Of a stretch of DNA of 64,000 bases, positions 32,417-46,325 are shown piece by piece. The stretch is from Podarcis liolepis (lineage: Eukaryota). Below the pieces are notes generated by a model. That model made no database searches. It was not told the origin of the DNA and saw only the letters and a list, made by a program, of their open reading frames with translations. The translations under genes and the position numbers were made by a program. Numbering within the stretch: position 1 is the first letter of the stretch; every line of letters starts with the position of its first letter. Location of the stretch: assembly GCA_965112155.1 (NCBI GenBank), contig OZ218102.1. One strand, given 5' to 3'.

Positions 32417-32943
32417 CAGTTGTACCTTGGGTTTTGAACAGCTTAGTTCACAAACAGTTTGGAACTCAAATGGCACAAACCTGCAAGTAGGTGTTCTGGT
32501 TTGCAAACTTTGCCTCAGAAGTCAAACGTCCAGCGTGGCTTCCGCACAGGGTCGTAGCTAGGGGGTGGCAAGGTGGGCCCCCACCAGGGGCATAGGCAAT
32601 GGGGGGGAGCAAAATCAGCTAAAAATATGTCCATAAATATAAATATTGATTGTTGCCTCATAAGGAATGGTTTTAAATAGAGGGTGAATTGAATGGGTGG
32701 AGGGGGTGTGTGGAAGAGAGGTGAAAAGAAGAGCTACCGGTAATTTGTCTGTGGCTAGGGGGCACAATCTGGATGGTTCTGCCAGGGGTGCAAGATCACC
32801 TAGCTACGGCTCTGCTTCTGCAGCTTCTGATTGGCTGCAGCACACACTTGCAGCCAATCGGAAGCCGTGCCTTGGTTTCCAAACGTTTCAGAAGTCAAAG
32901 AGACTTCCACAACGCATTCTGTTTGAAAACCAAAGTACAATTA
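32417..32943. mobile_element. Older Tc1/mariner MITE interrupted by a hAT MITE
   Basis: TA-CAGTTGTACCTTGG...CCAAAGTACAATTA-TA; internal palindrome GATTGGCTGCA..TGCAGCCAATC. Confidence 0.7.
32547..32814. mobile_element. hAT-type MITE, 268 bp
   Basis: TIRs CAGGGTCGTAGCTAGG / CCTAGCTACGGCTCTG; TSD CTTCCGCA / CTTCTGCA. Confidence 0.85.
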
Positions 32944-34268
32944 TAAAACCAAGCATACAATTTTGTTAACCTCAAACACTGTTCCCACTTTCCACTCCCA
33001 AAATGGTTGTAACTGTGGCAGTCTCAGACACTGACTCTTTTGTCACCCTTACTGAAGGGGTTTCCTGACGTCTGAATCATCAAAGGAAAGGACAAAAAAA
33101 GAGCAAAATTTTCAGGCAGGCAGACCAAGATCAGTAGCCATCCCTCGGCCCTCAAAAAACCCTCAGTTGAATCTAATGTGGGGAAGGGAACACATAGAGT
33201 GGAAGGCTTAAGTCACCAGGAAAACACTTCCTGAGGTCCAAACACAGTGTGATGGCATGGCTTTCGAATGAAGGGCATCCAGATGCAAAAGAGGACAAGG
33301 TTCCTGCCTCTGTCAAAGAAACTTGAAACTGGTCATTATAAAGATCCAATCTGATACGTTTGGAAGTGTTCAGAAGTGCATTGCACCTGGGTCTCCAGTG
33401 AACTGTAATAGCCCCATAATTCAAACCAAGAATGTGAGTTAATTTGTGGTTTGTGTGCATGGGTGTTTGGCATGACTAAGTGTAATCCTATGCATATCTA
33501 CTCGGGTGTGAGCCTCACACAGTTCAGTGGGACTTATTCCTGTGTAGATAGGATTGTTGCTCTGCAACAGGGAGATCCCTTAGATATTTACTCCAGTACC
33601 CATCACACTGATCATTGGTCAAGGTGGCTGATGGGATTAGGGGTCCAACAACAAACATGGCAGTCCATGTTTTCCCCATCTCTGCCTTAAAGCCAGTTGG
33701 GCCCAACAAGGTACACGATCTCTCAAGACGTGCAGCATCTCAGAAAACAGGGCTTTCCTACTTTCACTTTGATTTATTTCTGTAGTAAGAATTAGAGTGG
33801 AATTCTTCAAAGCATCCCAAAGGTCACACACTTATCTCAATGGCAGTTATTTGGTGGCATTTTCTTTGCTTATCAGAAGGTGAAGAAAACAGGCACTGGT
33901 TTGGAATGATATGTAAACTGCAGAACTGAAAGTGTTTAGATTTTTCTTTTTCTTTTCAACCAGTCGGAGTCAGTGGAACAAAATCCACTTTGATGGACAG
34001 TGCCTGGGTTAAACATCTGGTAGATCACATATTGAGGGCTAAGGTGGGGAGGGTTCAGAGCCCAGTAGTAGAAGCCATCCTTTATATGCAGAAGGTCCCA
34101 GGCTTATAGTTCCTCAAAACACTTTTGCTGGGCTTCTGTATATTTAGCTCTGGTTGCCAAAAAACAAGCAGACAAAGCTTCATGTGTATAGGTGGGAGTT
34201 TTAAACTAATTATAATTTAAATAGAACAACATTTTGCCAAAGTGGGAAAGGTTGTAACTAGGTGATCT

Positions 34269-34707
34269 CATACCCTCCAACATTTCTCTGGTGAAAATAG
34301 GGATGTCCTATTCCCCCCCCTCCTCCTCCTCTTCCTCCTCCTCCTCCTTCTTCTTCTTCTTCTTCTTCTTCTTCTTTAATATACTATGTTTACCCCCACC
34401 CCTCTGACTGGGTTGCCCCAGCCAATCTGTGTAGCTTCCAACATATATAAAAACATAATAAAACATTTAAAAGCTTCCCTATACAGAGCTACCTTCAGAT
34501 GGCTATGGGGTCAGATAACTACATACCCTCCAATATTTCTCCAATGAAAATAGGGATGGCTTACTATATGCTTCAGCAATTCTCCAATGAAAATAGGGCT
34601 GGCCTAAGGAGAAGCAGGACATTCCAGGATCAAATTGGAAACTGAGACAGTGTCTGTAAATCTGGGACTCTCCCTGGATTTATCCAGGAATGTCCCTGGA
34701 GGGTCTG
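34269..34707. mobile_element. Composite hAT-like non-autonomous element with internal CCT/CTT microsatellite and L2-like fragment
   Basis: Termini CATACCCTCCA / TGGAGGGTCTG; three copies of TTCTC..TGAAAATAGGG; TSD unclear. Confidence 0.55.
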
Positions 34708-35353
34708 TGATTTCTGCACCTCCTCAATTTGCTGTCTATGACTAGGTGCTAATTCATGAGTACAACATTCAGCAAGCTTGGCCAATAGCGAGGAATGATG
34801 AGTTGTAGTTCCTGGAGAGTGATAGCTGATTGATGAACAACTTCAAGGCTCCTTCTCTCCCTTCTGGTGGTTCTTTATCTATTAACAGAGAGCCCTTCCA
34901 GTTGAAGACACCTTCAAATAGAGGACTGTCCTCTGTAAAATAGGGTGCCCTAGCTAAAAGATGCCTCGTTAACAGCTCTACATTTACAAGGAACAGGGAT
35001 GATATTTTTAATACCTGAAAATATTTATTAGCTGCTGTTCAGTCAAAGCACTTGGAATAGCTTGAAAAACAAGGCATCAAAAGATGAGAACATCAGACTA
35101 TGACACATTTAGCAAACTGTTTAAAAATTCAAGCAAAAAAATGAGTGAATGAAAATGTTTTCACTAGGACAGAAAATGATGACATCAGTGAAACCTCTCT
35201 GGCATAAGAGTCCAAAAGATAGGACACCACAACTAAAAAGGCCCTGTCTTCAGGCCCCATGTGACTTACTAGGGTGGGGTTGAGGGGAGACACAGAACAA
35301 AGCTTCTGATATTAATGGACAGGTTCTTTCAGGAGCAATTGGTTCTTTCAGAT

Positions 35354-35606
35354 CAGGGGTCAGCAAACTTTTTCAGCAGGAGGTCGGTCCACTGTCCCTC
35401 ATACCTTGTGGAGGGGCTGGACTATATTTTGGGGGGAAAATATGAAGGAATTCCTATGCCCCACAAATAACCCAGAGATGCATTTTAAATAAAAGGACAC
35501 ATTCTACTCATGTAAAAACACGCTGATTCCAGGACCATCCGTGGCCTGGATTTAGAAGGCGATTGGGCCAGATCCGGCCCCTGGGGCCTTAGTTTGCCTA
35601 CCCATG
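35354..35606. mobile_element. hAT (Charlie-like) MITE, 253 bp
   Basis: TIRs CAGGGGTCAGCAAACT / AGTTTGCCTACCCATG; perfect TSD TTTCAGAT. Confidence 0.88.
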
Positions 35607-37156
35607 TTTCAGATACTATTATAAGTTTAAATTACCATAAATAGTCCTATGATTAAAAATATCTGAAAGCTCGTGTTCATAGGAGTTGCTTAGCACCTCT
35701 TATTCCATCCCTTAGGACTCTATGTCAATTCTGCCTCTTACAGTTTATGTATTCAATCCTAAGCAGGTCTACTCAGAAAGAGGGACCATTGAATTCAGTG
35801 GGACTTCCGGGTAAGTGCGAACAGGATTGTCGTCTTGCTGTGCAGTCCAAAGCATGGGACTCCACCAGAGGGCTGTTAAGCTGATAGATCTGCAACATCC
35901 GAATCACTCCCAGTCAAAGGGTCTTGTGGTTTGGATCACTCTGCCTATTGCTTTTAAAAAAACACAACTTTATATTTTTGATACTTTGGATAGTTGAAGC
36001 TGTTTTTCAAATTTCTTTTTAAGCCAGCTTGGGTCCTATTATGGTGGGAAAGTGGAATATAATTTTATCTTTATAAATCTAAGACAGCTTGTATTATTGC
36101 AGAATGGCTAACATTGTAAGGTTAAGAAGAGTACACAATCAGATTCCTTGCAGTTTTACCTATATTTATTGGTGGAGAGTTCTGAATGCACTTGGATTGA
36201 CTTCAGCATTTTTAAAGAACAAAGCATTATTTTTTTAAAAAAATCTATGTGATAGAGCATTATTTTTAAATGATAGGTTGCCTGCACTGAATTTCAAATA
36301 CAGATATTTATTGTGTGCTCTGTAATATGGGTAGGTGTTCCTTAAATGCGAGAAGTTAAACAAAAAAATTGTTAAAGGAGGTTTGCAGGACACTACTGTG
36401 TAAATGCCATCAATAATGCAGCTACCACTGGGGAAGAATAGAGCTTAATAGCTATGCTTAGAAATTGACAATAAAACAGAAATAATTGATCTAGAATCAA
36501 ACAGAAAGGAGTACAGAATCCTAAAGGGAGAAATCAGGAGCACTAGCAGCCATGAAAATTAGGCTTCAGGCATTCAAATAAAGACAGAAGCCTGGTATTT
36601 TATAAGTATAATGGCAACCATTTAAAATATAAACGCAGAGCTGTTAAATATGCACCTTTTCAGAGCACTGAGCTAAATATACAGAAATGTAGCAAAACTA
36701 GTATGCTTCCAGAGGCTATAAATCATGTTCAGTACCTCTGTATTATATAGCTTCCATCATGCCCACAATCATGTTATTGGAGCATGGGCTGCGCATAATG
36801 ATTACCCAACATCCGTCTTATCTTTCATTTTCGGGTTGTGTGTGAATACTTACATTCAGATATGATTTTATCCATGGAGAAATGGGTAGCTATGAGAAAT
36901 ACCACTGCTTCCAGCAATTACTCTTTCTTTCAGACTCTGCATTTCTTGCGCTTGCTGTGATACATTTTTTTAAAAAAGCCTGGTTCTATTAAACCGATAT
37001 TAGTATAGTGTGCTCTACAAAGAACTGGCCACTTTGATAAACAATGTTTGTTTGAAGGCAAATGCCTTTTTATTACTAGAACAGAACTGCAAATGTATTC
37101 ACAATCCAGCAGGCTTTCCAAAGCCATTCCGGGGATTTTGAATGCGAGATTTAAAA

Positions 37157-37298
37157 TTGCACAGTCGGTAGAGCATGAGACTCTTAATCTCAGGGTCAGG
37201 GGTCTGAGCCTCACGTTGGGTGAAAGATTCCTACATTGCAGGTGGTTGAACCAGGTGACTCTTGTGGTCCCTTCCAGCTCTATGGTTCGATGATTCTA
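37157..37298 (+). mobile_element. tRNA-Lys(CTT)-derived SINE with CR1-like tail
   Basis: CAGTCGGTAGAGCATGAGACTCTTAATCTCAGGGTC..CACGTTGGG matches tRNA-Lys-CTT. Tail CATTGCAGG.GGTTG..GTCCCTTCCAGCTCTATG..GATTCTA. Confidence 0.85.
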
Positions 37299-38608
37299 AA
37301 ACTAATATTTTGCATTTTGATTTTTTTAAAAAAAAATCAGGATTCAAGGGCATTGTTCTTAGTATTTCTTTATTATTTTGGCAGGCATCAAATATGTCCG
37401 ACGTCAAATAGTAAATATAATTTTAAGGCTTCAAACCTATGGAAGTCTACCTGAGAGTAAGCTTCATTGACCACAGTGGGAATTAATTCTAAGGAAGTGT
37501 GCATAGAGTTGTGCTATAAGGTCTTGATCCTAAAGTACATGCGAGTGTGGGGAAAACCGAAGGTGGCTCAACTGCCATAGTGTTTTCTTCCCCATTGAAA
37601 ACAATGTGCATGAAAGGGGAGGGAGTGTTTTAGACATGCTCAGGAATATGTCTGAAATTCTCTCCAGGACTGAGGCATGCCAGGGGACAGGAGTGACTTT
37701 GGGTCTCTTTCTCAGTCCTCCCTAGCACATCGTTGATATGCCTTGACATGCTCCAGGGTGTTGGACATTTCAACAGCCCTCTGGAAGAGCTATCTGACAT
37801 TGCATCTCCCTTGGCAATGCATAGCTCTGTTTCCAAATTTGGGGCACAAAATCTGATGTATTCTTCGACCCCTGTGACCCCTTCCTTGGGAGCCTAGTAT
37901 TGCAGCCCAAGTCTGTTAAATGCCACAAAATGCTGACTATTAAATACAATCTGCAGGAATGACCGCTGAGTGTGGAGCACACTTCTACCCACAGACAAGC
38001 CACAGCTGTCTGAAGATCATGCCCTCTATCTAACCTTTGGCTTTCTCAGTGGTCTGCTGTGCCCCGTCTGTGACCTTTGTCTCTTTTGTCAAACATTGTG
38101 CAAGGGGAAAGTGACGTGGTGGAAACAGGTGCCAAAATAACTTTGTGCCATGCCTCGATCTCGGGATTGTAAAGGTCACAGTCCAAAATGTATCTGACTG
38201 GTTTTGCATATTGTGCTAAAAAAAGAGCCTCAGCAGAGCTAGCTGGCAGCTTGCTTGTGCACAGCTCACCTGCATTACCAACTCCTGCCTCATGCTTTCA
38301 CTTCACAATCAGATGTTAAGCACCACTCTGTGCTAGCTGCTCTGTCAAATGCTTAAGACCATTGCTTGGCATTAAAATATTGTCATCAAATAACATTACA
38401 CGACAAATGTAGCTATAAAGTACTCGGTAGAGAATACCTTGCTTTGAAAAGTCCACCTGTGGAATCCCCACTGGCGTCACCCCAGAGAAAACAGGATGTT
38501 CCAGCTCAGGGACGGGCTGAATTGACTCATGATCTGCTAGCTCCAAGCCAGGCCCAGAGCTGTCACTGGGAATTCCTCAGGCCCCATCCTGGCCTAACTG
38601 CTGTATTG

Positions 38609-38981
38609 CAGAGATGTTCAACCAGTCAACCGCGATCAACTAGTAGATCCCCTGGTGTTCCTGGTCGATCGCGTGATCCTTATCGATTGCGGGAGTAAAA
38701 AAAAGCAGCTGTATGATGTCTCCTCCCCCCTCCCGCCTCACTTTGTCCCTCCGCCACGTAAAATGCACACTCTTTGGCGGTGTTTGGAGAGGTGAGTGAT
38801 GTATGTTATTCTCCTTAAAAATATATAATCCTCCACCCCAAAAATTCAACAACTCTGCTCTCCCTCCCAAAAAAACCCCTCAGCAACTGGTCAATCCTCA
38901 ATGACAATGGGTAGATCACTGCCAGTTTTTCATATATATACTAGGAGAGGATCACATTCTCTTGGGAGTTGGATGGACCTG
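38609..38981 (-). mobile_element. hAT-type MITE (GATCGAC-rich family)
   Basis: Termini CAGAGATGTTCAAC / GTTGGATGGACCTG; TSD CTGTATTG / CTGCATTG; shares GGGTAGATCACTGCCAGTTTTT with the reverse complement of 20349-20583. Confidence 0.75.
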
Positions 38982-41900
38982 CTGCATTGGCTACAGTTTG
39001 ACTCTGGTTGGCATGAGCAGCAGGGCAGTAGACCGAATAGTGCCCCTTCCATTCCCCAGATGCCGTTTGTATTGCAGCTCTAAACAGCATGCTGCTGCTC
39101 ACTTGTCAGAATTAGATTGTCGTACATAGTTTCATAGAAACAAACAAATCACCTCTAAGATCCTTGCAAAAAAAAATTAATAACCATTATTGCCATAATT
39201 TTCCAAACCTAACTTTTCTTTACTGGAAACAGAACAGAGTTGACGTCAACAGAGCCAAGGATAACAACAGCCCAAATGGACCATGTTTGGTTCTTAATGG
39301 AACTAAAATTTACAAGCTGATACATTTTTTTGTGGTTGGGTATTTTCACTTCTTTCGGAGATTGAGCAGGATTTCGACTGTCACCTTTACACCCGATTTA
39401 CTCGCAATATATATTTCTCTAGCAGCTAACTCCCAGTCCAACTCTGAATTGAAAATCTTGGTTTGGTGAGCATTTGGACTCGCCTTTGTTATCCTCATTT
39501 GCTGAAGAAGACTAATTTCACATGGGAAGGATGGCGAGCTTTCTCAGATATTAGATTTTAATGCTTCTATTATTTTAATATTATGCATACTTCAAAGCAG
39601 TTATTCAGCTCCTTCTACTCTAAACCTCCTGAAAATGAAAATTATTCAGTGGCTTGGAAAGAAATAGTTTCCATCCTGTGTGAAGTGAACGTGAGATAGA
39701 AATGCAAAAGTTGAGAAATATGCCTTGGTTTCTCAGTTAAGACTGCAGTCCCCTACATATTCTCCTTTTTTTTTCACTGGAAAGGTGTTTGTGGATTCTG
39801 ATGTAAATACCTCCCAATTCAGATGGTGAACACCCAGGCTATTCTTTTTCCAGTGGTTCTTGTTTGTGCTTCTGAGGTTGAACTGTCAGCAGTTTTTGAT
39901 GCAACCACTGCCACAAAGGCATGACCAAAGATGCTTCCTGACTGATCTCCTTCCCTGTGGATTGCAAGTCAAGCCTCTGAAAAGAGGTCCTAGGATAGAG
40001 TGGCAGTAGGACCCTCTCAAATCTCCCTATTCTGTTTCCACTCCCTATTTCCTCCCATCTCCAGGAGTATTGTACTGAGTCTCCTACTGTCCCAAACAGA
40101 GAGGTGATATAACCTCCTTCCAACTCCCTCTTGCCTTGTCCCACTGTGTCCATATCTCAAGAACATAAAGAAGAGCCCTGCTGGATCAGACAAAAAGCCC
40201 ATCTGGTTCAGCATTCTCTCTCTCTCTCTCCTTGCTTTCCTTCTCTTTGCCTCATCCTCTGTGCAGCATGCCCTTCTGTCCCCTTGCTTCCCCCGCTATC
40301 CTTCCACCCTCCTCCCCACTGGAGAATCTTTGGACCACTTAAAGGGAACTGCATTCTGAGAATGGGGGCAAACCCCTTTCCTCTAGCTGGCCACAGTCAC
40401 TGTCCCAGAGAAGGCCATTGAGAGAGCAGCACCCACAAAGGACATGATTTGGAAGCGTCAGCAGTTGGCGACTATCCCAGCTCAGCCTCTGCTGCAACCA
40501 GGAGGGACAGGGGAAAGATTGGAGGCTCGTTATGACTCTCATCTCGTTCATATCTGCAACAACAAACATGCAGTTTTCAGAACAGGAATGGACAATCCCT
40601 AAAGGTTCACGGCACCTCTATGTGCCATACATCTACCTGGAGCCAAAGCTGAAGCACAGTCTCTCACAGCTTGCACTGGAAATACAGTATCTACACTTGG
40701 ATGTAGAATGGTAGGGAGCAAAAAATTCAATAAGGGACACTGCTCTCTGAGAAGTGTACATTTTCTGCACGTGTTAATGGGCTGCAGTGTTTAATTTGAA
40801 ATAGTTGGCTTTGTGTGTGTGTGAGCACCCGCAGACAACTAAGAGTGTGTGTGTGTGGCAATATTTTTGAGAAGTTAATAATTGCCTGTGATCTGCTGCA
40901 AATGTAGCTTCCTCTTTTTTATTATTATATATAAAAAAGTACCTCACCTGCTTTACTCCAGCACATATGTCCTTGGTAAATTGGCTTTAGTGACTACAGG
41001 TGGCTTACAGAGAGAGTGGGAAATGGGCAATTTTTGCAATGTATTGGCACCTTTGTCTCTTTCAATGACAATAATCAGAATTTTCCTCCATAGAACACAG
41101 GGTAAGGGTCTTGCTCTCTTCTCTCATGTCTTTCTCAGATTGAAAAAAGGAGAACCAGCCCCAGTTGTCATTTATGCACATAAAAATACATAAGTGGGTG
41201 CAGGGAATCCATGAGCATCAGAGCCATATGTCTCTGGAAATTTGCAGCGGAAACAAATGACCCACAAAGAAAATGGATAATGCATTACAAAATAGGCACC
41301 CTGGAACCATGTGGCTAAACTAACAGTAAAAATGATCCATTCTTTCAACATGAAATTAATTCTCTGGTGAAATATCGAAAAGAGATTTTTAGGCAGTTTT
41401 GCCACCTGCTCCTCAAGTATTGTTTCTGTATATTCAGGTTTTTGATTTATGAGGAGCAGGGATATTTTGAAATACCTATTTCAACAGGGTGAAGTTGCTA
41501 AGATTTTTTTTATCCTTGGATTTATCCTAGCTTTGCAGCATCATAGCAAACTTTTAAATAGTTTCAGAGATAGAAGACTTCCCTGCTTCTTCTCTTCTGA
41601 TATATATGCTGTTCAGTCAAACATGCGTACCAATAGCAATACATTATATTATTTTAATTACAGGAAGACATGCTGTGCTCCTCTCATTGTTCCCCTAACA
41701 CCAGTTACTTGAGCTGCTTGGTGTTACAGAATATGCACAAACATTCTAACTTCCTGGGAAAGAAATGGGTAAGAAACAAGCTGTTCACGGTCCATCTTCT
41801 TTGAGAAGGAATACTTGTCATTTGGAGGGGGAAAATACTTCGTACATGCTCTGGGTGGAGGTGCTGTGTGAAATGGGACTAGAAAGCTGAGTGGGAGAAT

Positions 41901-44444
41901 ATTCTAGAAGCTAAGAGACCAGATGCAGGGTGCCTAAAAAACAAAACAGAGTAAAAACAAGTGAAAAAGAAGACATTGATGGAAGAGAGAGTCTGGAGGA
42001 GAAGGCTTGAAGAATGTAGGAAGGGAGTGAAACCATGCTTAAGATTGAAAGGTATGGACTCTGAAAAGGGTTTCAGTAAGAGTTGTTTAAAAAGAAGAAT
42101 TCTACCATTGTGCATCCTGCCACCACTGTGGTACAGTATTAGGAATTCGAAGATGGGATGAGGTCCAAGAAGTGATAGGGTGGTGTATTAAATGATTTGA
42201 ACTAAGCAGACTATTCTGTGACCACAAGCTTCCAGTGCACATTTCTGCTGACACATCCAGCATGCCAGATTTGAGTTATATCCTTTCAGACTCTCCTGAT
42301 GGTGTTGGAAATGTGTGTGCTGGGGACACTGTTAATTGTGGTAGCATGTGCCCTTAAACCCATCGTTCTGAATCCACCAGTGAAGATACAGAAAGGAAAC
42401 TCACCACGTGTACAAATGTTCACACTGGCATTAGGATTTGAGGCAGTTGGAATAGCCACCAGTTTTGCAGAGGCATCCTAACTGCAATGTAGGAATATGC
42501 ATCCCAGATATCTGTCTCAAGTTGTTGCTGGTATGGGTGATGGTAGCTGTTGCCTTGTGTTTGAAGAATGACTGTTGACTAGTGCCAAACAGCATATAAC
42601 TTTATTCCATAACTACGTTGCAATAAACCATGGGATTATGCCAGTGCAGTTACTGAAACCAATTTACACAGAATACTTACATACTCAGATGATGGATGAG
42701 GCAGTTGGTAAACTTAAACAACCATTGTATACATTACATTGGAAAGGATACTGTTAGAGGCAATAGTTCAATAAGGCAGCAGGGAAGGTGGAATTGGGAA
42801 CAGAAGAGTTGGGGGAAATGGAAGACATAGAATCTCTAGGCATCTAGGCTCTCCCAGCATGTCAACTCTTCACAGATCCCATTGTGGAGATGCCCAAACC
42901 CTCATCATGCTGGTTCATAGGTGATTGCTTCCAAAAATAACTTCCATATGGCTGGGTTTCCAAGTTGCTGCAGGAATTTTTGAACCAACTTCTATGCCAG
43001 TATCCTTTGTGAAGTTTTTGTGCTAGTGTGATACCCCTTTTAGAGGAGTGATAGCTTTGGAAAATGAAAAAGCTATTGTGGGCAGCCACAAAACCCCCAT
43101 TTTATGCAGGAAAACCGGCAATACTCAAACCACCCCCAAACAACAGGCAAAAAGGCACCCTCCTAAAAACTCAATAGATATGAAAATTGGGAGGGGTCGA
43201 GGGCCTTGACAGGCACCACATTGAGGACCCCAGGCGTAGGTGCTTGGGGGAGGGAACAGGGGCCTTTGCCACAAATTATCGGCCAGGTAGATCAGCTCCC
43301 CAGTGCAATTGTAAGAATCTCTGTTTAAAGTTTGGATTATGCAGATAGGGTTCAGCTTTTAGTCATCCTACTTGACAAAGGGAATGGAAAACACAAATTA
43401 GAAAGTGAATAAGCAATGCAAATCAATAGGAATTACTTCCTCCTAAAAAAAACCCCAATCAAGTAAAGTGAAATGGAAGCCCAATAGTTCTTAGCAGTGC
43501 TGTTGTGGAACCTAAGCCCCAAGGTGTAATTGAAATCTAATGGTGATCTGAATCCTTTGAGGAATTAAATTGTTATTGCAGGGGGAGAAATAAAGTTTCC
43601 TTAATATTAACAAAGTCTACTGACATACAATTTTCTCTGAGGGCTACTTCATAGCTTAGCTGCCTTATTGCTGCATTAGGACAAGTATCAGAAAAAGGAG
43701 TGAATGTGGTCTTCTTTTCATTCCAGGTCTATGACATGCCCTAGAAAAAAATCTTCCCTACTCCCTACCCCAGTAATACTGGCTTTGAACATTCTTACGC
43801 ATAATGGCTGAATATTCCAAAGTCTTGAGGAACCAACAGATGTATCATGTATCACCTTCCAGAGACTTTAGTTCACATCATCAGGACCACTGAGTGTATC
43901 CTCAATTGACAGTTTCTATAGCTATAAGTATATATTGATAAGGATGTGTGGGTGGATCAGTGTGTTTCTGGTGTGTGTCAATTATTCCATGTGCTCAATT
44001 ATATGTTCATTCAATTCTGGTTCTGAATGAAAAGTTGCATTATTTATGAACTTATTTTTCATGAAATAAAATGCATTTTACTCTAGAGTATGTAGCTTTG
44101 TCAAAAACATGCATTCATTCCAATTTTGGTATTCTTTCGGAGCTGAGAACTGTATCTGAAAATTCAAAGAAGTGTGAAAGCTGATGGGTAAATGCATACC
44201 AAGCCATGTGTGAGTCCGTGAGGAAGTGCAGATATCGTTCACTTAAAAATGTGGACCTAACAAAATCCTTGAGCTTCCAGAGCCATATGTCTGATGCTGC
44301 GAAGAACCGATTTAATATTATCATGGACCACTCCTTGGTACACTAGCCTTCTGAACTTGCAGAATGGACCTTTCATTTCCTCTCCCTTGCAGCCCCCTGT
44401 GTACCCTCAAAATCAGCTCCAGAGGGTTGGAAGACCCTCTGGAG

Positions 44445-44580
44445 CAGGCATAGGCAAACTTGGCCCTCCAGATGTTTTGGGACTGCAATTCCCATCATCC
44501 CTGACCACTGGACCTGTTAGCTAGGGATCACGGGAGTTGTAGGCCAAAAACATCTGGAGGGCTGAGTTTGCCTATGCCTG
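44445..44580. mobile_element. 136-bp palindromic hAT MITE
   Basis: TIRs CAGGCATAGGCAAACT / AGTTTGCCTATGCCTG; TSD CTCTGGAG / CTCTAGAG. Degenerate relatives lie near 5030-5140, 27050-27185, 33560-33690, 50840-50970, 58910-59040 and 63780-63910. Confidence 0.92.
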
Positions 44581-45785
44581 CTCTAGAGAAGAGTGCATGT
44601 TTGGAGGAGAGGAAATGGAAGTGCTGCTTGAATACAAACCACTCAAAATCCAGTGCATGGACATTTGAAATATATTCTCAATGACAAAATCCAGGAATAA
44701 TCCAAGAATCAACTGTAAACTCTGTGCCTATAGGCATTTAATTTTGTGCATGGTCACTGCATTGAAATCTTAAGCCCACTCATGGATCCCTGAGGCATTG
44801 AAAGCACAATATCTGTGCTGAGAATATTCACCATCTGGGTTTTCACTAAAGATCCAGTCCGCTTTCTAAGCAATTTCTCTTTGAAATGAAAGGGAAGGCT
44901 GATCATTTTTTTTATAAAAAAAACATATCTGATAACTGCAACTAGGTTCTTATTGACTTTTATGATTATGTTTAGGGATGTGAGAAGAAGCTACTACAAA
45001 CTGATCTGACGTTCACTAATTCATACACATCTCGACCTGAGCTCAATATTAGAAAAATCAGATTTGCTAGCACAGTAGAAAGTAGCTATGTTTCAAAATG
45101 TGTAAATGGGTTAATCTGCTCTAAAACATTGCTTTGCCAGCTGCGTATTTAAACATTAATGAGACAGTCAGGGAGGGAATGAGCAGTTAACGCTCTTGAC
45201 CTGAGAAATGGATTGCTATTTTTAGGAGACAAAGGATATAGCAAACTGAAGGTTTGTACATTATACAAAATCCACTGTATTATTATTATTATTAAAAAAA
45301 TATAGCTTCTTGCAGCATATAGCTGCTAGGCAGAAATGGATTTTCAGGGCAGAATGGCACAGTTTGGTTTCAGGAGTTATAAGAAGGGTTTAATACATTT
45401 GCTTGCAATCAGAGCTTGGGCAAAGTCTGTGCATTAGTTCTTAGCAAAGTTTGGAGAGTTCTCATCCTTGTGAGGTTCAAAGAACTATTAGAAAAATGTG
45501 TCTGCAGCACTTTGCATGGTCCATGTAGAACTAAGGAAGTGTCATGAGCTCATGGGAAGCTTTTCGCTTTTGGGAAAGGATTTTATGAGAGACTGCATCA
45601 GAAGACTTAACCTTTCCATACTGCAGGGCCTCGCCTGTCAGTGTGTTATCTATAAACACCTTCATCCATCTCTAGTTGCATGCTGCTGGAATCCATCTCT
45701 CTCCTGAGACAATGGAAGAATGCATCTTTGGAGATGAATTCAAACCACTGGAGAATTACAGTGCCTGCTGTGACTGTAGAGACTG

Positions 45786-45902
45786 AAGAGGAGGAGGAGG
45801 AGGAGGATTTTGGATTTGATATCCCGCCTTTCACTACCTTTAAGGAGTCTCAAAGCGGCTAACATTCTCCTTTCCCTTCCTCCCCCACAACAAACACTCT
45901 GT
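45786..45902 (-). mobile_element. 5'-truncated Squam3-like SINE (3' part with CTT/CCT tail)
   Basis: (GAG)n then TTTGGATTTGATATCCCGC..AAGGAGTCTCAAAGCGGCTAACATTCTCC..CCCCCACAACAAACACTCTGT; recalled lacertid Squam3 3' end. Confidence 0.7.
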
Positions 45903-45962
45903 CAGTCCTCCTCTGGTCACTGCTATGAATACATGAACTGACTGCCTGTTTCCAGGTACCAT

Positions 45963-46325
45963 GTTGTTGTTGTTGTTTAGTCGTTTAGTCGTGTCCGACT
46001 CTTCGTGACCCCATGGACCAGAGCACGCCAGGCACTCCTGTCTTCCACTGCCTCCTGCAGTTTAGTCAAACTCATGCTGGGAGCTTCGAGAACACTATCC
46101 AACCATCTCGTCCTCTGTCGTCCCCTTCTCCTTGTGCCCTCCATCTTTCCCAACACCAGGGTCTTTTCCAGGGAGTCTTCTCTTCTCATGAGGTGGCCAA
46201 AGTATTGGAGTCTCAGCTTCAGGATCTGTCCTTCCAGTGAGCAATCAGGCCTGATTTCCTTAAGAATGGATAGGTTTGATCTTCTTGCAGTCCATGGGAC
46301 TCTCAAGAGTCTAAGAGTCTAAGAG
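45963..46325 (-). mobile_element. RTE-BovB LINE 3' fragment with TSD
   Basis: ORF RVPWTARRSNLSILKEI..LQYFGHLMRR..VHGVTKSRTRLND; (CAA)n tail; 12-bp TSD TCCAGGTACCAT / TCCAGGCACCAT. Confidence 0.95.

Noticed and set aside
37157-37222. Functional tRNA-Lys gene (and tRNA-Ile at 25269)
   Set aside because: The 5' acceptor strand is missing, the T-arm is mutated, and each is fused to a LINE-like tail, so they are SINE heads.
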